Origin: a virus | Lineage: Duplodnaviria; Caudoviricetes | Virus record (IMG/VR): IMGVR_UViG_3300032277_000076 | Coordinates: 1-24,505 of that record | DNA length: 24,505 nucleotides | Reading direction: 5' to 3' (one strand) | Part shown: positions 1 to 9,317 of the stretch, piece after piece | Numbering within the stretch: position 1 is the stretch's first letter | Layout: every line of letters begins with the position of its first letter | Notes under the pieces: model-generated | What the model saw: only the letters and a program-made list of their open reading frames with translations | The model's database searches: none | Told to the model about the DNA's origin: nothing | Position numbers and translations under genes: made by a program

Positions 1-99
1 AGTAACGGACACCGCGGTTGTTTTGGGATTTTTATTTTTTTAATTCGCTTATGTTGTTGTTTCTGTTGATGAAGTTTCCAAACTTGTGGCGGTGATGTG

Positions 100-732
100 A
101 TGGCGGATACAGAGCCGTCCGTTCCCGTCTTTCTGTCAAAGGAAGACGTGGCGCGGTCTTGGAAGGTATCGCTTCCAACCGTTGACAAGTGGCTAGGCGA
201 CATCAAGGCACGCTTGTCCGCTGACCCCGACTGGCGGGAATGCCCCGTCGTCACGTTTGGCGGCAACGGTAAAGCCTATGAGATCGACCCCGATAAACTG
301 AAAAGCTGGCACGACGGCGTTGCGGAAGCAGAGCGGCTTTCCGAAGACGCGCGCCGCGCTGAAATCGACCGAGTTCAACAATCCCTAGATTTAAGCGGCG
401 GCGGCGTCGATGGAGAGGCCGCACTGCCGATGAAGGTTCGCAAGGGGATGGCCGATGTCATCTTGAGCGAGTCCCGCGCCATGAAAGAGCGTGGAAAGCT
501 GGTGTCTGTTGCGGATGTCGCGGCCGAGTTTGAAGCGGTGTTTCATTTTCTGGCTTCGCAGCTCCAAGGGCTTGGCGACCACCTACAACGCGAATGCGAT
601 TTGACCCCGGTTCAGGCCGCGACGGTGCATGAAAAGACCCTTGAATGGCAGGAACAACTGGCCCGAAAACTGATGACTGAACCCGATGCAACAGCCAACG
701 CCGCAACAGGAGACCATTGCCGACCTGATTGA
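100..732 (+). CDS. terS: Terminase small subunit (lambda Nu1-like wHTH, DUF1441-like C-terminus)
   Basis: LSKEDVARSWKVSLPTVDKW...CPVVTFGGNGKAYEID parallels the Nu1 HTH and wing. Directly upstream of, and overlapping, terL. ATG at 100 (GTG at 97 is an alternative). Confidence 0.88.
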   Translation: MADTEPSVPVFLSKEDVARSWKVSLPTVDKWLGDIKARLSADPDWRECPVVTFGGNGKAYEIDPDKLKSWHDGVAEAERLSEDARRAEIDRVQQSLDLSGGGVDGEAALPMKVRKGMADVILSESRAMKERGKLVSVADVAAEFEAVFHFLASQLQGLGDHLQRECDLTPVQAATVHEKTLEWQEQLARKLMTEPDATANAATGDHCRPD

Positions 733-2851
733 GCGGGTCTACCCGTCGCCGGTTTACCCCGGATACGTTCACCCGTCCCATCCGCGCCGCAAGTCTGCTG
801 AAACGCTGTTGCCGCCGCGCCGCATGAAGGTATCGGAATGCGCCGCGAAACATCGATATGTGAACAACCCTGGCGGTTATGTCGGGCCGTGGGACAATTC
901 CGTCGCGCCCTACATGGTCGAACCCATGGACCTTGTCCCGTCGCGAGAATTTGAAGCCATCGTGTTCGTCGGTCCGGCACAGTCGTTGAAAACCGCTGGA
1001 TTGGTCGAAAACGCGATTTTGCATTCCATCGTCTGCGATCCGATGCGGACCCTGGTGGTGGAAAAGACCCAGTCCAAGGCCCGCGACTTTTCACGAGAAC
1101 GCATCGCTCAGATGAACCGCGATACCCCCGCCGTTGCGAAGCGGGTATCGCACGCATCGTCTGATGACAACATTTTTGATAAACGCTATCGCGGCAACAT
1201 GCTGTTGCAGATGGGGTGGCCGACCGAAAACACCCTTGCTGGCGATCCCATCCCGCGGGTCTACCTAACCGACTATGACCGGTTCAAGGGCTCATTGGGC
1301 GGCGAGGGCGAGGCCTTCGATTTGGCCATGAAGCGTGGCCAAACCTTCGGTTCGCGCGCAATGGTGATTGCGGAAAGTTCACCGTCCAAACCGGTGATCG
1401 ATCCACGCTGGAAGGTCCCAGCCTCCACGCCGCATATGGCGCCGCCCACCGATGGCGGGATATTGGCGCTCTACAATCGCGGCGACAGGCGCAGGCTGTT
1501 GTGGCCGTGCCCGCAATGCAATGGATTTTACGAGGGCGATTTTCATCACCTGTCGTGGCCCAAAGGCGCACCCCGCGCCGAAGCGGCCGAGGCGGTGGTT
1601 ATGGTCTGCCCCCACTGTGGTCATCCGACCCATCCGTCCCAACGCAACATCATGTTGCCCGATGCGGTGTGGTTGAAGGAAGGCCAAAAGATTAACGACG
1701 GCGGCATCGTGTCCGGTGACGGTCTGCGCGCCACCATCGCCAGTTTCTGGCTCAAGGGGGCTGCTGCGGCCTTTCAACCGTGGCCGTCGCTGGTGTCAAA
1801 ATATCTAATTGCGTTCGAAGACTTCGAACACACGGGCAAAGAAGAATCACTGCGCGTCACCATCAATGTCGATCAATCGTTGCCGTACCTTGAACGCGCG
1901 CTTGCAGATCAAGACGGCGTTAACGCCGACGACCTTGCGGCCCGCGCTGCGGAAGAAAACTGCACCTTAAACACCGTTCCAAACGGGGCCCGGTTTATAA
2001 CCGCATTCGTCGACGTGCAAGGCACATGGTTCGATGTACAGGTCCAGGCCCACGGCATTGGGGCGGAAACATGGGTGGTTGCAAAATACCGCATCCACCG
2101 CGCCCCAGGCGATGCCGACCGGCTGCTGGATCCGGGGCGCTATGATGAAGATTGGGACCTACTGCTCGACAACGTGGTGTTGAAAACGTGGCCGTTGGAT
2201 GACGCAACCGGCCGCGTGATGACCGTCAAGTTGACGGGCATCGATAGCCAGGGGGCGCCGGGTGTTTACGGTCGCGCGCAAAACTTCTGGATGCGCGCCA
2301 AGGCCCGTGGTCTTGGCGGTCGCATCCGTCTAACACGCGGCGAACCCAATGCGCGTGAATACGCCCCGCGGGTTGCCGAAACCTACCCCGACAGTCAGCG
2401 CAAGGATAAAAACGCAGGTGCGCGCGGTGAGGTCCCGGTGTTGAACCTGAACCCAAATATGTTGAAAGACGACGTGCTGACCGCGCTGACCCTGGAACAA
2501 CCTGGGCCGCGCTTTGTGCACTTTCCGCCTGGCCTGTTGTCGGAAGCGGGTCCGCCGCACGCGTATTTTGACGAGGTCTGTTCCGAAATTCGCACGCCCA
2601 AAGGCTGGAAGCAGCGGCTAAAACGCAATGAGGCCTGGGATCAACTTTATGTCAACCGAGCCTTAGTTGTTCATCTAAAAGCCGACCGCCCGAAATTCTG
2701 GGACCGCCCACCCGCGTGGGCGCGTGATTGGGATGAAAACACGGGCGTTGTTGCGATGCCCGCCGATGATGGCGCGGCCCAGACGGGCGGGGCATCGTCG
2801 CCCAAACCGCTAACACTGGCCGACCGCATGGCCCAATTGAACGCGCGCTAA
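686..2851 (+). CDS. terL: Terminase large subunit, lambda gpA family
   Basis: 721 aa. GPWDNSVAPYMVEPMD, Walker A-like VFVGPAQSLKT, Walker B VYLTDYDR, ESSPS coupling motif, CPQC/CPHC Zn ribbon, nuclease motifs AFVDVQ and RNEAWD. Confidence 0.96.
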   Translation: MQQPTPQQETIADLIERVYPSPVYPGYVHPSHPRRKSAETLLPPRRMKVSECAAKHRYVNNPGGYVGPWDNSVAPYMVEPMDLVPSREFEAIVFVGPAQSLKTAGLVENAILHSIVCDPMRTLVVEKTQSKARDFSRERIAQMNRDTPAVAKRVSHASSDDNIFDKRYRGNMLLQMGWPTENTLAGDPIPRVYLTDYDRFKGSLGGEGEAFDLAMKRGQTFGSRAMVIAESSPSKPVIDPRWKVPASTPHMAPPTDGGILALYNRGDRRRLLWPCPQCNGFYEGDFHHLSWPKGAPRAEAAEAVVMVCPHCGHPTHPSQRNIMLPDAVWLKEGQKINDGGIVSGDGLRATIASFWLKGAAAAFQPWPSLVSKYLIAFEDFEHTGKEESLRVTINVDQSLPYLERALADQDGVNADDLAARAAEENCTLNTVPNGARFITAFVDVQGTWFDVQVQAHGIGAETWVVAKYRIHRAPGDADRLLDPGRYDEDWDLLLDNVVLKTWPLDDATGRVMTVKLTGIDSQGAPGVYGRAQNFWMRAKARGLGGRIRLTRGEPNAREYAPRVAETYPDSQRKDKNAGARGEVPVLNLNPNMLKDDVLTALTLEQPGPRFVHFPPGLLSEAGPPHAYFDEVCSEIRTPKGWKQRLKRNEAWDQLYVNRALVVHLKADRPKFWDRPPAWARDWDENTGVVAMPADDGAAQTGGASSPKPLTLADRMAQLNAR

Positions 2852-2867
2852 ACGTGAAGGAAACCCC

Positions 2868-3080
2868 ATGGCCGATCCCGCGACGTTACAGGCATGGCTG
2901 GCATCGGTCGAACAAGCGATTCAGGACTTGGCCATGGGTTCGAAAACCGCGTCGGTCGGTTACGACGGCAAGACCGTAACCTATACGCCGACGGACATGC
3001 CGACGTTGCGCGCCCGCAAAATCGAACTTGAGGTGCAATTGGGCTTGTCCCAACGCCGCGCCTTGCGCCCATTTTTCTGA
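2868..3080 (+). CDS. Head completion protein, lambda gpW family
   Basis: 70 aa between terL and portal. LAMGSKTASVGYDGKTVTYT...LRARKIELEVQLG...RR matches the gpW pattern. AAGGA RBS. Confidence 0.9.
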   Translation: MADPATLQAWLASVEQAIQDLAMGSKTASVGYDGKTVTYTPTDMPTLRARKIELEVQLGLSQRRALRPFF

Positions 3081-3092
3081 TCAGGAACCGTA

Positions 3093-4763
3093 ATGACTGT
3101 TCGCGTTTCAGCCGCGCCATCTACGGCGTTCGGAGGCATCTTGGATGCATCCGGACGGCCCATGCGCCCCCTGCGCCCCGCGGCGTCGGATGCCGCCTAC
3201 GCGGCAGGCGATACCATGAGCCAGGAATTGGCGCGCTGGAACCCGCATTTGGGCTCGGCGGATTCAAATCTGTTGCCTGCCCGCGATCGCATCGCGGCGC
3301 GGGTGCACAACATGGCGGACAACAACGGTTGGGCGTCGGGCACGCTGCAACGCTACGTCGATCAAGCCATCGGTTCCGATTTTCGGTTTTCTTGGCGTCC
3401 GGATATTGAAGCCCTGAGCCTGTCGCGTGACTGGCTTAAAAAACACAAGCGCGCCTTGGAATCGCGATTTCGCGCCTGGAGCAACGACCCCCGGCGGTAT
3501 GCCGACGCCGCCGAACACAACACCCTTTCGGGATTGATGGGGTTGGCCTTTCGTCACCGGTTTTTGGATGGCGAGTCCTTGGCTGTTGCCCACTGGCGTC
3601 CGCGGTCTGATTTTGCGTATGCAACCGCAATCCAAGTCATAGACCCGGACCGCCTGTCCAATCCGAACGGGCGGAGCGATGAAGCCCGGTTGCGCGGCGG
3701 CGTTGCGCAAAACGACTTTGGCGCCGCGACGGGCTACCACATCCGATGCGCGCACCCCGGCGAATATTGGACCGGTCAAGACGCTTGGACCTGGAAGTAT
3801 CTGCCCCGGCGCACGGCCCACGGGCGGTCCGTGGTGTTGCACCATTTTGAAAAGGAACGCGCCGCCCAAACTCGCGGCAAGTCGATCCTGACCCCCGTGC
3901 TTGAAAAGCTGAAAATGCTCGACAAGTACGAAAGCACGGAAATGCAGGCCGCGTTGGTGAACTCCATTTTCGCCGCTTTCATCAAATCGCCGTTCGATCA
4001 CGATATGATGGGCGATGCGTTGTCCGGCGCGGACAGCTACCAAGAGGGTCGCCTGAACTTTCACGAAAAAAGCAACATCAACTTGGCGGGTGTACGCCTT
4101 CCATTGCTTTATCCCGGTGAAGAGGTTGGCTTTACCAATGCCGCGCGGCCCAATCCGACTTTTCCAGAATTTGAAAAAACCGCGCTGCGCTACATCGCCG
4201 CGGCGACGGGGCAATCGTATGAGCAATTGGCCCAGGATTGGTCGTCGACAAACTATTCGTCGGCCCGCGCGGCCTTGATGGAGGCCTGGAAATTCTTGTC
4301 GGCCCGGCGCGGTGCGTTCGCTGATGGGTTCGCCACGCCGATCTTTGCCCTGTGGATGGAAGAAGACATGGATTTGGGCCATCTGGACCTGCCCGCCGGA
4401 ACCCCGACGTTTTGGGAAAACCCAACGGCCTGGACCCGCGGCAAATGGACCGGGGCGCCTCGCGGCTGGGTCGATCCGACCAAGGAAATCACCGCGTCGC
4501 AAATGCGCATGGATGCGGGCATGTCGACGTTGCGCGACGAATGCGCGGAACAGGGCCAGGACTATGAAGAGGTCTTGGAGCAGCGGCGCCACGAAATGGA
4601 CCTTATGGCCGATTTGAACTTGCCACGCCCCGGTTGGGCGGATGCGCCGATCATGGGCGAGGACGACCCCGCCGATCCTGACGATGCCGATCGCGCCGAA
4701 ACCAACATTCAGGCCGTCCGCCGTTCGCCCGTTCCCGAAATCCATTATTCCGGAGACGCTTGA
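3093..4763 (+). CDS. Portal protein, lambda gpB family
   Basis: 556 aa. DPDRLSNPNG, LRGGV, QTRGKS, SYEQLAQDWSSTNYSSARAALMEAW and GWVDPTKE are lambda-portal motifs. Confidence 0.97.
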   Translation: MTVRVSAAPSTAFGGILDASGRPMRPLRPAASDAAYAAGDTMSQELARWNPHLGSADSNLLPARDRIAARVHNMADNNGWASGTLQRYVDQAIGSDFRFSWRPDIEALSLSRDWLKKHKRALESRFRAWSNDPRRYADAAEHNTLSGLMGLAFRHRFLDGESLAVAHWRPRSDFAYATAIQVIDPDRLSNPNGRSDEARLRGGVAQNDFGAATGYHIRCAHPGEYWTGQDAWTWKYLPRRTAHGRSVVLHHFEKERAAQTRGKSILTPVLEKLKMLDKYESTEMQAALVNSIFAAFIKSPFDHDMMGDALSGADSYQEGRLNFHEKSNINLAGVRLPLLYPGEEVGFTNAARPNPTFPEFEKTALRYIAAATGQSYEQLAQDWSSTNYSSARAALMEAWKFLSARRGAFADGFATPIFALWMEEDMDLGHLDLPAGTPTFWENPTAWTRGKWTGAPRGWVDPTKEITASQMRMDAGMSTLRDECAEQGQDYEEVLEQRRHEMDLMADLNLPRPGWADAPIMGEDDPADPDDADRAETNIQAVRRSPVPEIHYSGDA

Positions 4764-5650
4764 TGTACGAATTTCAAGAATGTCGCGGGCGCTTGTTCAA
4801 CACGCCGCTTTTAATCACGCCGATCAAGGCGCACGTGTTGGCCGACGTGTTGGCGGACCGCGCCAGTTGGGGGCGTTCCGTTAAGTTTGAAGACTTCGCG
4901 CCCACAAATGTCGCGGCCAGCTTACAAAACGCGGCCCCGGGTGGCCCGGAAAAGGTGTTTCCCGAAACCGATGGCGTCGCCATCATTCACGTTCGCGGTA
5001 CGTTGGTGCAACGCGGCGGCCTGGACCCATATTCCGGCATGACCGGATATGACGGCATCGCGACCAAACTGGATGCGGCGCTGCATGATCCAAACATCCG
5101 CGCGATTGTGTTGGACATCGATTCCCCCGGTGGCGAGGTTGCAGGTTGTTTTGACCTTGCCGATCGTATTTTCGCCGCGCGCGCCGTCAAACCCGTGTGG
5201 GCGATCTTGAACGAAATGGCGGCCAGTGCGGCTTATGCGCTGGCGTCCCAAGCCGATCAAATCATCATGGCGCGCACCGGAATGGCCGGGTCCGTTGGCG
5301 TGGTGACCATGCATGTGGATTGGTCGGGGGCGCTGGACAAGGACGGTGTCACGGTGACGCTGATCCACGGCGGTGCGAAAAAAGTTGATGCAAACCCATA
5401 CGCGCCATTGCCGGAGGGTGTGCAGGCGTCAATCCAAGCTGAAATCGACACGCTGCATAAGTGGTTTGCCGAAATCGTCGCCCGCGGTCGTGACTTGAAG
5501 GTCGCGGACGTTATGGCGACCGAAGCCCAAACCTATCTTGGTCCCGCGGCGCAGGCCGTTGGGTTCGTCGACGCCGTCATGGCCCCCGAAGACGGCTTTC
5601 AGGCGTTGCTGGACGCGCTGGCGGGAACGCCGGTTCAAGTCTCCGCCTAA
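4763..5650 (+). CDS. Prohead maturation protease, S49/SppA family (lambda gpC N-terminal part)
   Basis: LFNTPLLI, LDIDSPGGEVAG, MAASAAYALASQAD, GSVGVV, KVDANPYAPL. ATG at 4763 overlaps the portal TGA and has GGAG upstream. Confidence 0.95.
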   Translation: MYEFQECRGRLFNTPLLITPIKAHVLADVLADRASWGRSVKFEDFAPTNVAASLQNAAPGGPEKVFPETDGVAIIHVRGTLVQRGGLDPYSGMTGYDGIATKLDAALHDPNIRAIVLDIDSPGGEVAGCFDLADRIFAARAVKPVWAILNEMAASAAYALASQADQIIMARTGMAGSVGVVTMHVDWSGALDKDGVTVTLIHGGAKKVDANPYAPLPEGVQASIQAEIDTLHKWFAEIVARGRDLKVADVMATEAQTYLGPAAQAVGFVDAVMAPEDGFQALLDALAGTPVQVSA

Positions 5651-5723
5651 ACCAAGAAATCGCACCAATCTGTACACACCCACCGTGCCGATGGCGCGGC
5701 CTTAGTTGTAGGAGAATCACTCA

Positions 5724-6290
5724 ATGAGTAACCCGATGAAACTGTTGTCCGCCGCCCGTCAGCGCATGTCCGGCGCACAGCCCGACGCCATGGCTGGCGA
5801 AGACGATCCTGAAATCATGGAAGACGACACCGCCGCGGACAATGACGCCCCGGAAAACGGTGAACCGGACGGTGACGAAGGCCCCGCGGCCGCCGATGGT
5901 GCCGATGATTCCGATGAGACCGCGGCCATGGACGATGAAGAAGACCCGGACATGGAAGACGATGAAACCAAACCCGCAGCGCGAACCGCCGTCTTGGCCG
6001 AACGCAAGCGCTGTGCGGGCATTTTGAACTGTGCCGAAGCCAAAGGCCGCGAGTCATCCGCGCAGCACCTTGCCACCAATACCGACATGACGGTCAAGGC
6101 GGCCAAGGCGTTGCTGGCAACCATGGTGCAAGCGTCGGCTGCGGGCGGCTTGGCAGCTAAGATGGCGGGCGCCATTGACACCACGGTCGGCCTGGATACG
6201 GCCTCGGCCACTGCGGCCTTGTCTGATCCGGCAACGAACATTCTTGCCAATTTCCAGACCGCGACCGGGCGGACCGTCAAAACCCGCTAA
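5724..6290 (+). CDS. Capsid scaffolding protein (lambda Nu3-like)
   Basis: Very acidic N-terminal half. AERKRCAGILNCAEAKGRESSAQHLATNTDMTVKAAKALLA resembles the lambda gpC/Nu3 C-terminal motif (RIMGILNCEEAHGRE...GMTVKTARRIL, recalled from memory). AGGAG RBS. Confidence 0.82.
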   Translation: MSNPMKLLSAARQRMSGAQPDAMAGEDDPEIMEDDTAADNDAPENGEPDGDEGPAAADGADDSDETAAMDDEEDPDMEDDETKPAARTAVLAERKRCAGILNCAEAKGRESSAQHLATNTDMTVKAAKALLATMVQASAAGGLAAKMAGAIDTTVGLDTASATAALSDPATNILANFQTATGRTVKTR

Positions 6291-6321
6291 CCCATTCACA
6301 TTTTTACAGGAGACCTGACCG

Positions 6322-6684
6322 ATGGTTGCTTCCGTCGAAACCGCTATCTACACCCCGGATGATTTCATCACCGGTGATTTTCCCATTGTGACCGAACCCG
6401 AAACGCTGATCACGGGCCAGAACTTGGCGGCCCGTTCGGTTTTGGGCCGCATCACCGTCAGCGGCAAACTGACGTTGTCGTTAACCGCCGCCATCGATGG
6501 TTCCCAAGTCCCGGTGTGCATTCTGGTCGACGCCGCCGACGCCACCGCCGCCGACAAGGTGGTGCCGGTGTACAAGGCCGGGCAATTCAACCCGACCGCC
6601 CTGGTTTACGGCGCGGCCCACACCGCCGCAACCGTTGGCGCGGCCTTCGACGGCACGCCGCTGTTCTTGCGCGCACCGCTTTAG
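6322..6684 (+). CDS. Head decoration protein (lambda gpD/HDPD-like)
   Basis: 120 aa directly before the capsid gene. GQNLAARSVLGRIT...DGSQVPVCIL...VYKAGQFNPTAL. AGGAG RBS. Confidence 0.9.
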   Translation: MVASVETAIYTPDDFITGDFPIVTEPETLITGQNLAARSVLGRITVSGKLTLSLTAAIDGSQVPVCILVDAADATAADKVVPVYKAGQFNPTALVYGAAHTAATVGAAFDGTPLFLRAPL

Positions 6685-6724
6685 GGCGCCCGCTCAATCC
6701 CTTTTATTCAGGAGTAATCCGCAC

Positions 6725-7762
6725 ATGGTTGTTTCTCTTTACGACACACGCACGCTTGGCCGTGTGGTCGATAGCCTGCCGCGTCCTCACGCCTTTTTGC
6801 TGGAACGGTTTTTCCCCGGTGTGATCAATTTTCAAACCAAGAAAATTGATTTTGATCTGGTCACCAAGGGTCGCAAACTCGCACCGTTCGTTTCGCCCAT
6901 GGCTCAGGGCAAGATTATGAAGAACCGCGGGCACACCACCCAGACGTTCGAACCGGCATACTTGAAGCCCAAACACATCGTTGACCCAGACGCGCCGTTC
7001 ATTCGCATGCCGGGTGAAAGCTACGGCGCGGGTGACATGTCGCCTGACCAGCGCCGCGATGCGGCGATTGCCAACATTCTCAGCGATCAGGACGATTCTA
7101 TCGTGCGGCGCCTGGAATGGATGGCGGCAGAAGCCCTTATGAACGGCGCGGTGACCGTGGCCGGCGACGACTACCCGACCCAAGTGGTCGATTTTGGCCG
7201 GGATGCGGCGCTGGGTATTACACTTGCCGGGCTGGCGGCCTGGGGGCAGGCGGGCGTTTCGCCCCTGGACAATTTGGAAACTTGGGCCGGTTTGGTTAGC
7301 GACAAATCCGGCGGCGCCGTGACGGACGTGATCTTTACGGCCGGATCGTGGAATTTCGCCCGCCAGGACCAAAAGTTGTTGGACCGCTTGGACAACCGCC
7401 GCCAGCTTTCCGGCGCGGTGGAGCTCGGCCCAACGGTCATTGCACCCAAGGCGCGTTCGGCGCGTAACCTGGGCACCATCGGTGACCTTGAACTCTGGCT
7501 GTACAACGACGTGTACGAAGACGACGCGGGTGTCACCCAGAAAATGCTTGCGGACAACACCGTGTTGTTGGCGGGTGCGGACATCGAAGGCGTGCAAACG
7601 TATGGCGCCATTCAAGATGCGCATGCGGGCTATCAAGCCACCTCGCGGTTTCACAAAAATTGGATCACCGACGATCCCAGCGTTGAAAACGTGATGACGC
7701 AATCCGCACCCCTGGTGGTGCCGACCCGTCCGAACGCCTCTTTCCGCGCAATCGTGGCATAA
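6725..7762 (+). CDS. Major capsid protein, lambda gpE family
   Basis: Start re-called at ATG 6725 (AGGAG upstream), 345 aa. LAPFVSPMAQG, FEPAYLKPKH, RRLEWMAAEAL, VDFGRD, MTQSAPLVVP. Confidence 0.96.
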   Translation: MVVSLYDTRTLGRVVDSLPRPHAFLLERFFPGVINFQTKKIDFDLVTKGRKLAPFVSPMAQGKIMKNRGHTTQTFEPAYLKPKHIVDPDAPFIRMPGESYGAGDMSPDQRRDAAIANILSDQDDSIVRRLEWMAAEALMNGAVTVAGDDYPTQVVDFGRDAALGITLAGLAAWGQAGVSPLDNLETWAGLVSDKSGGAVTDVIFTAGSWNFARQDQKLLDRLDNRRQLSGAVELGPTVIAPKARSARNLGTIGDLELWLYNDVYEDDAGVTQKMLADNTVLLAGADIEGVQTYGAIQDAHAGYQATSRFHKNWITDDPSVENVMTQSAPLVVPTRPNASFRAIVA

Positions 7763-7775
7763 GGAGAAAACTCCA

Positions 7776-8144
7776 ATGGCGAAAAAGAAAAACTACACCT
7801 TTCGTGAGACCGTTCACGGTCTCACGAAAGACCCCATAGCACCCGGCGCAACCGCGCTTTGTGACCCCAAGGATGTGGAGGCGCTTCTCGCGCGCGGCAT
7901 CTGTTTTGAGGACAAGCCCGACAAGGTTGCACCCAAGGGGAAGGGCGAAACGCCACCCGCCGATGACGAGCAAATCGCCCGTATTGTCCTGGCCATCCGC
8001 GAGTTGGATGCGGCAGACGATGCCCACTGGACGGTCGACGGCGACCCGCGTGTCGATGTGTTGGAAGAACTTTTGGGCCACGACATCACCTCAGACCAAC
8101 GTGATGAAGCCTGGGAATCCGTCAAGGCGGAGGACGGGGCTTAA
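7776..8144 (+). CDS. Small acidic head-associated protein (lambda FI position; Mu gp35-like C-terminal helical motif)
   Basis: AAGGAG RBS, directly after capsid. C-terminal HWTVDGDPRVDVLEELLGHDITSDQRDEAW motif. Confidence 0.6.
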   Translation: MAKKKNYTFRETVHGLTKDPIAPGATALCDPKDVEALLARGICFEDKPDKVAPKGKGETPPADDEQIARIVLAIRELDAADDAHWTVDGDPRVDVLEELLGHDITSDQRDEAWESVKAEDGA

Positions 8145-8159
8145 CCCCGCGCCTAATCC

Positions 8160-8507
8160 ATGAGTGTTGATTTCGACCAGATGACCAAAGACTGCCTGGA
8201 TGCATTCGCCGCCACGGGTGCGGGGTCCGGTTCCGGCGCGGTGGAGGCTTACAGCTCCGCCGTGTCCGGCGCTGTGCTTCCGCCGCCGCGGGGCGATTTT
8301 CGCAATCAGGCGGTCGAGGTCGATGGCGGCGGCGAAGTCTCCGTGCGCAGCCGTGAATTCATGCTTGGCGTGCGCTTGGCGGAATTCCCCGCAGGTCTGG
8401 AGCCGGAACAAGACGACACCGTCACCATCGGCGGCGTGGCTTACGTGGTGATCGACGTCGACGACAACGGCGCTGGCCATGCGTGGCTGCACCTGCACAA
8501 AACCTAA
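8160..8507 (+). CDS. Head-tail joining protein (lambda FII-like)
   Basis: 115 aa, neck position. LGVRLAEFP..PEQDDTVTIGGVAYVVIDVDDNGAGHAWLHL beta-rich pattern. Confidence 0.8.
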   Translation: MSVDFDQMTKDCLDAFAATGAGSGSGAVEAYSSAVSGAVLPPPRGDFRNQAVEVDGGGEVSVRSREFMLGVRLAEFPAGLEPEQDDTVTIGGVAYVVIDVDDNGAGHAWLHLHKT

Positions 8508-8525
8508 CACCAAGGCCGAATAGTG

Positions 8526-9041
8526 ATGACCAACCGTATCGTCGATTTGACGGACATTCAGGCCCGCTTGATGGGAAAAACCACCGTCGCCGAACGGGTA
8601 TACAGGTCGCGGGCGTGGAATGTCCCCGATAAAAAACTGCCCGCCGTTTTGCTGTACGCGATGCAAGAATCCGGCACGCCGGTCTCGCCCGCGGGCCATC
8701 CACAGTTTCGCGATACCCCGACATTTTCCATTCAGGTGTTGGTTGAAGAAGGTCTCAATTGGGACACCGCCGCCATGACCATTACCGAAGAAATCAAGAC
8801 GTTGCTGTTTTCCGACCCAGAATGGGTGGCGCGCTGGAAAGAAGTTCCAAGCTTCACCGTGCAACAGTTCGTCGAAAAAGATGGCGCGAAAAACATCGTC
8901 GGTGAGGTCCTGACCGTCTCCGTCGAACGCCAACGCCCGACCGAATACAAACCTGTGGGCGCGGTCGAACTGGCCAGCGTCGCCACCACCATCGATTTGC
9001 AAACCGGCGCCGCCGGTGACGCCATAACCCTCACTCAATAA
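8526..9041 (+). CDS. Putative tail terminator/completion protein (gpU / Mu gp37 position)
   Basis: TTVAERVYRSRAWNVPDKKLPAVLLY N-terminus is typical of tail terminators. Lies between the joining protein and the sheath. Confidence 0.65.
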   Translation: MTNRIVDLTDIQARLMGKTTVAERVYRSRAWNVPDKKLPAVLLYAMQESGTPVSPAGHPQFRDTPTFSIQVLVEEGLNWDTAAMTITEEIKTLLFSDPEWVARWKEVPSFTVQQFVEKDGAKNIVGEVLTVSVERQRPTEYKPVGAVELASVATTIDLQTGAAGDAITLTQ

Positions 9042-9056
9042 GTGGAGCCTCAAGCG

Positions 9057-9311
9057 ATGACTTCCCCCACCACCATCCGGGTTCAGGCGAACCCAGACAA
9101 GACCGTCGACGGTCGACCGCTCAATGTTCGCAACCCCATCAACGGGGCCTTTTATCCTGCGGGGCCGTTTGATTTGAGCATTGATGACTTGCGCCATCCC
9201 GATGTGTTGCGGTTGTTCCCCCGTGCCAACCAAGCGGGCGGTCGCACGGGCGGCGTGTTCGCCGATCTGGTGCCGGTCGTCGATGCCCCAACCCCCAAGA
9301 CGAAGGGATAA
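9057..9311 (+). CDS. Small pre-sheath protein (Mu gp38/DUF2635 position)
   Basis: GGAG at 9044-9047, ATG 9057. GRPLNVRNPINGAFYPAG...FADLV. Immediately precedes the sheath gene. Confidence 0.6.
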   Translation: MTSPTTIRVQANPDKTVDGRPLNVRNPINGAFYPAGPFDLSIDDLRHPDVLRLFPRANQAGGRTGGVFADLVPVVDAPTPKTKG

Positions 9312-9317
9312 TCAAAA

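Noticed and set aside
3264-4745. 493-aa minus-strand ORF, and similar long antisense ORFs at 6704-7702, 8091-9233, 13062-14156 and 17887-19083
   Set aside because: They lie opposite well-supported structural genes, show no recognisable motifs, and are the expected shadow frames of GC-rich codon usage.
6497-6724. N-terminal extension of the capsid ORF, or a decoration-capsid frameshift fusion
   Set aside because: Strong AGGAG and ATG at 6725 give a normal gpE length. The extension is low-complexity off-frame sequence with no slippery site seen.
8135-8149. Hairpin CGGGG-CTTAA-CCCCG as a terminator
   Set aside because: Short stem with no U-tract, inside a tightly packed operon.
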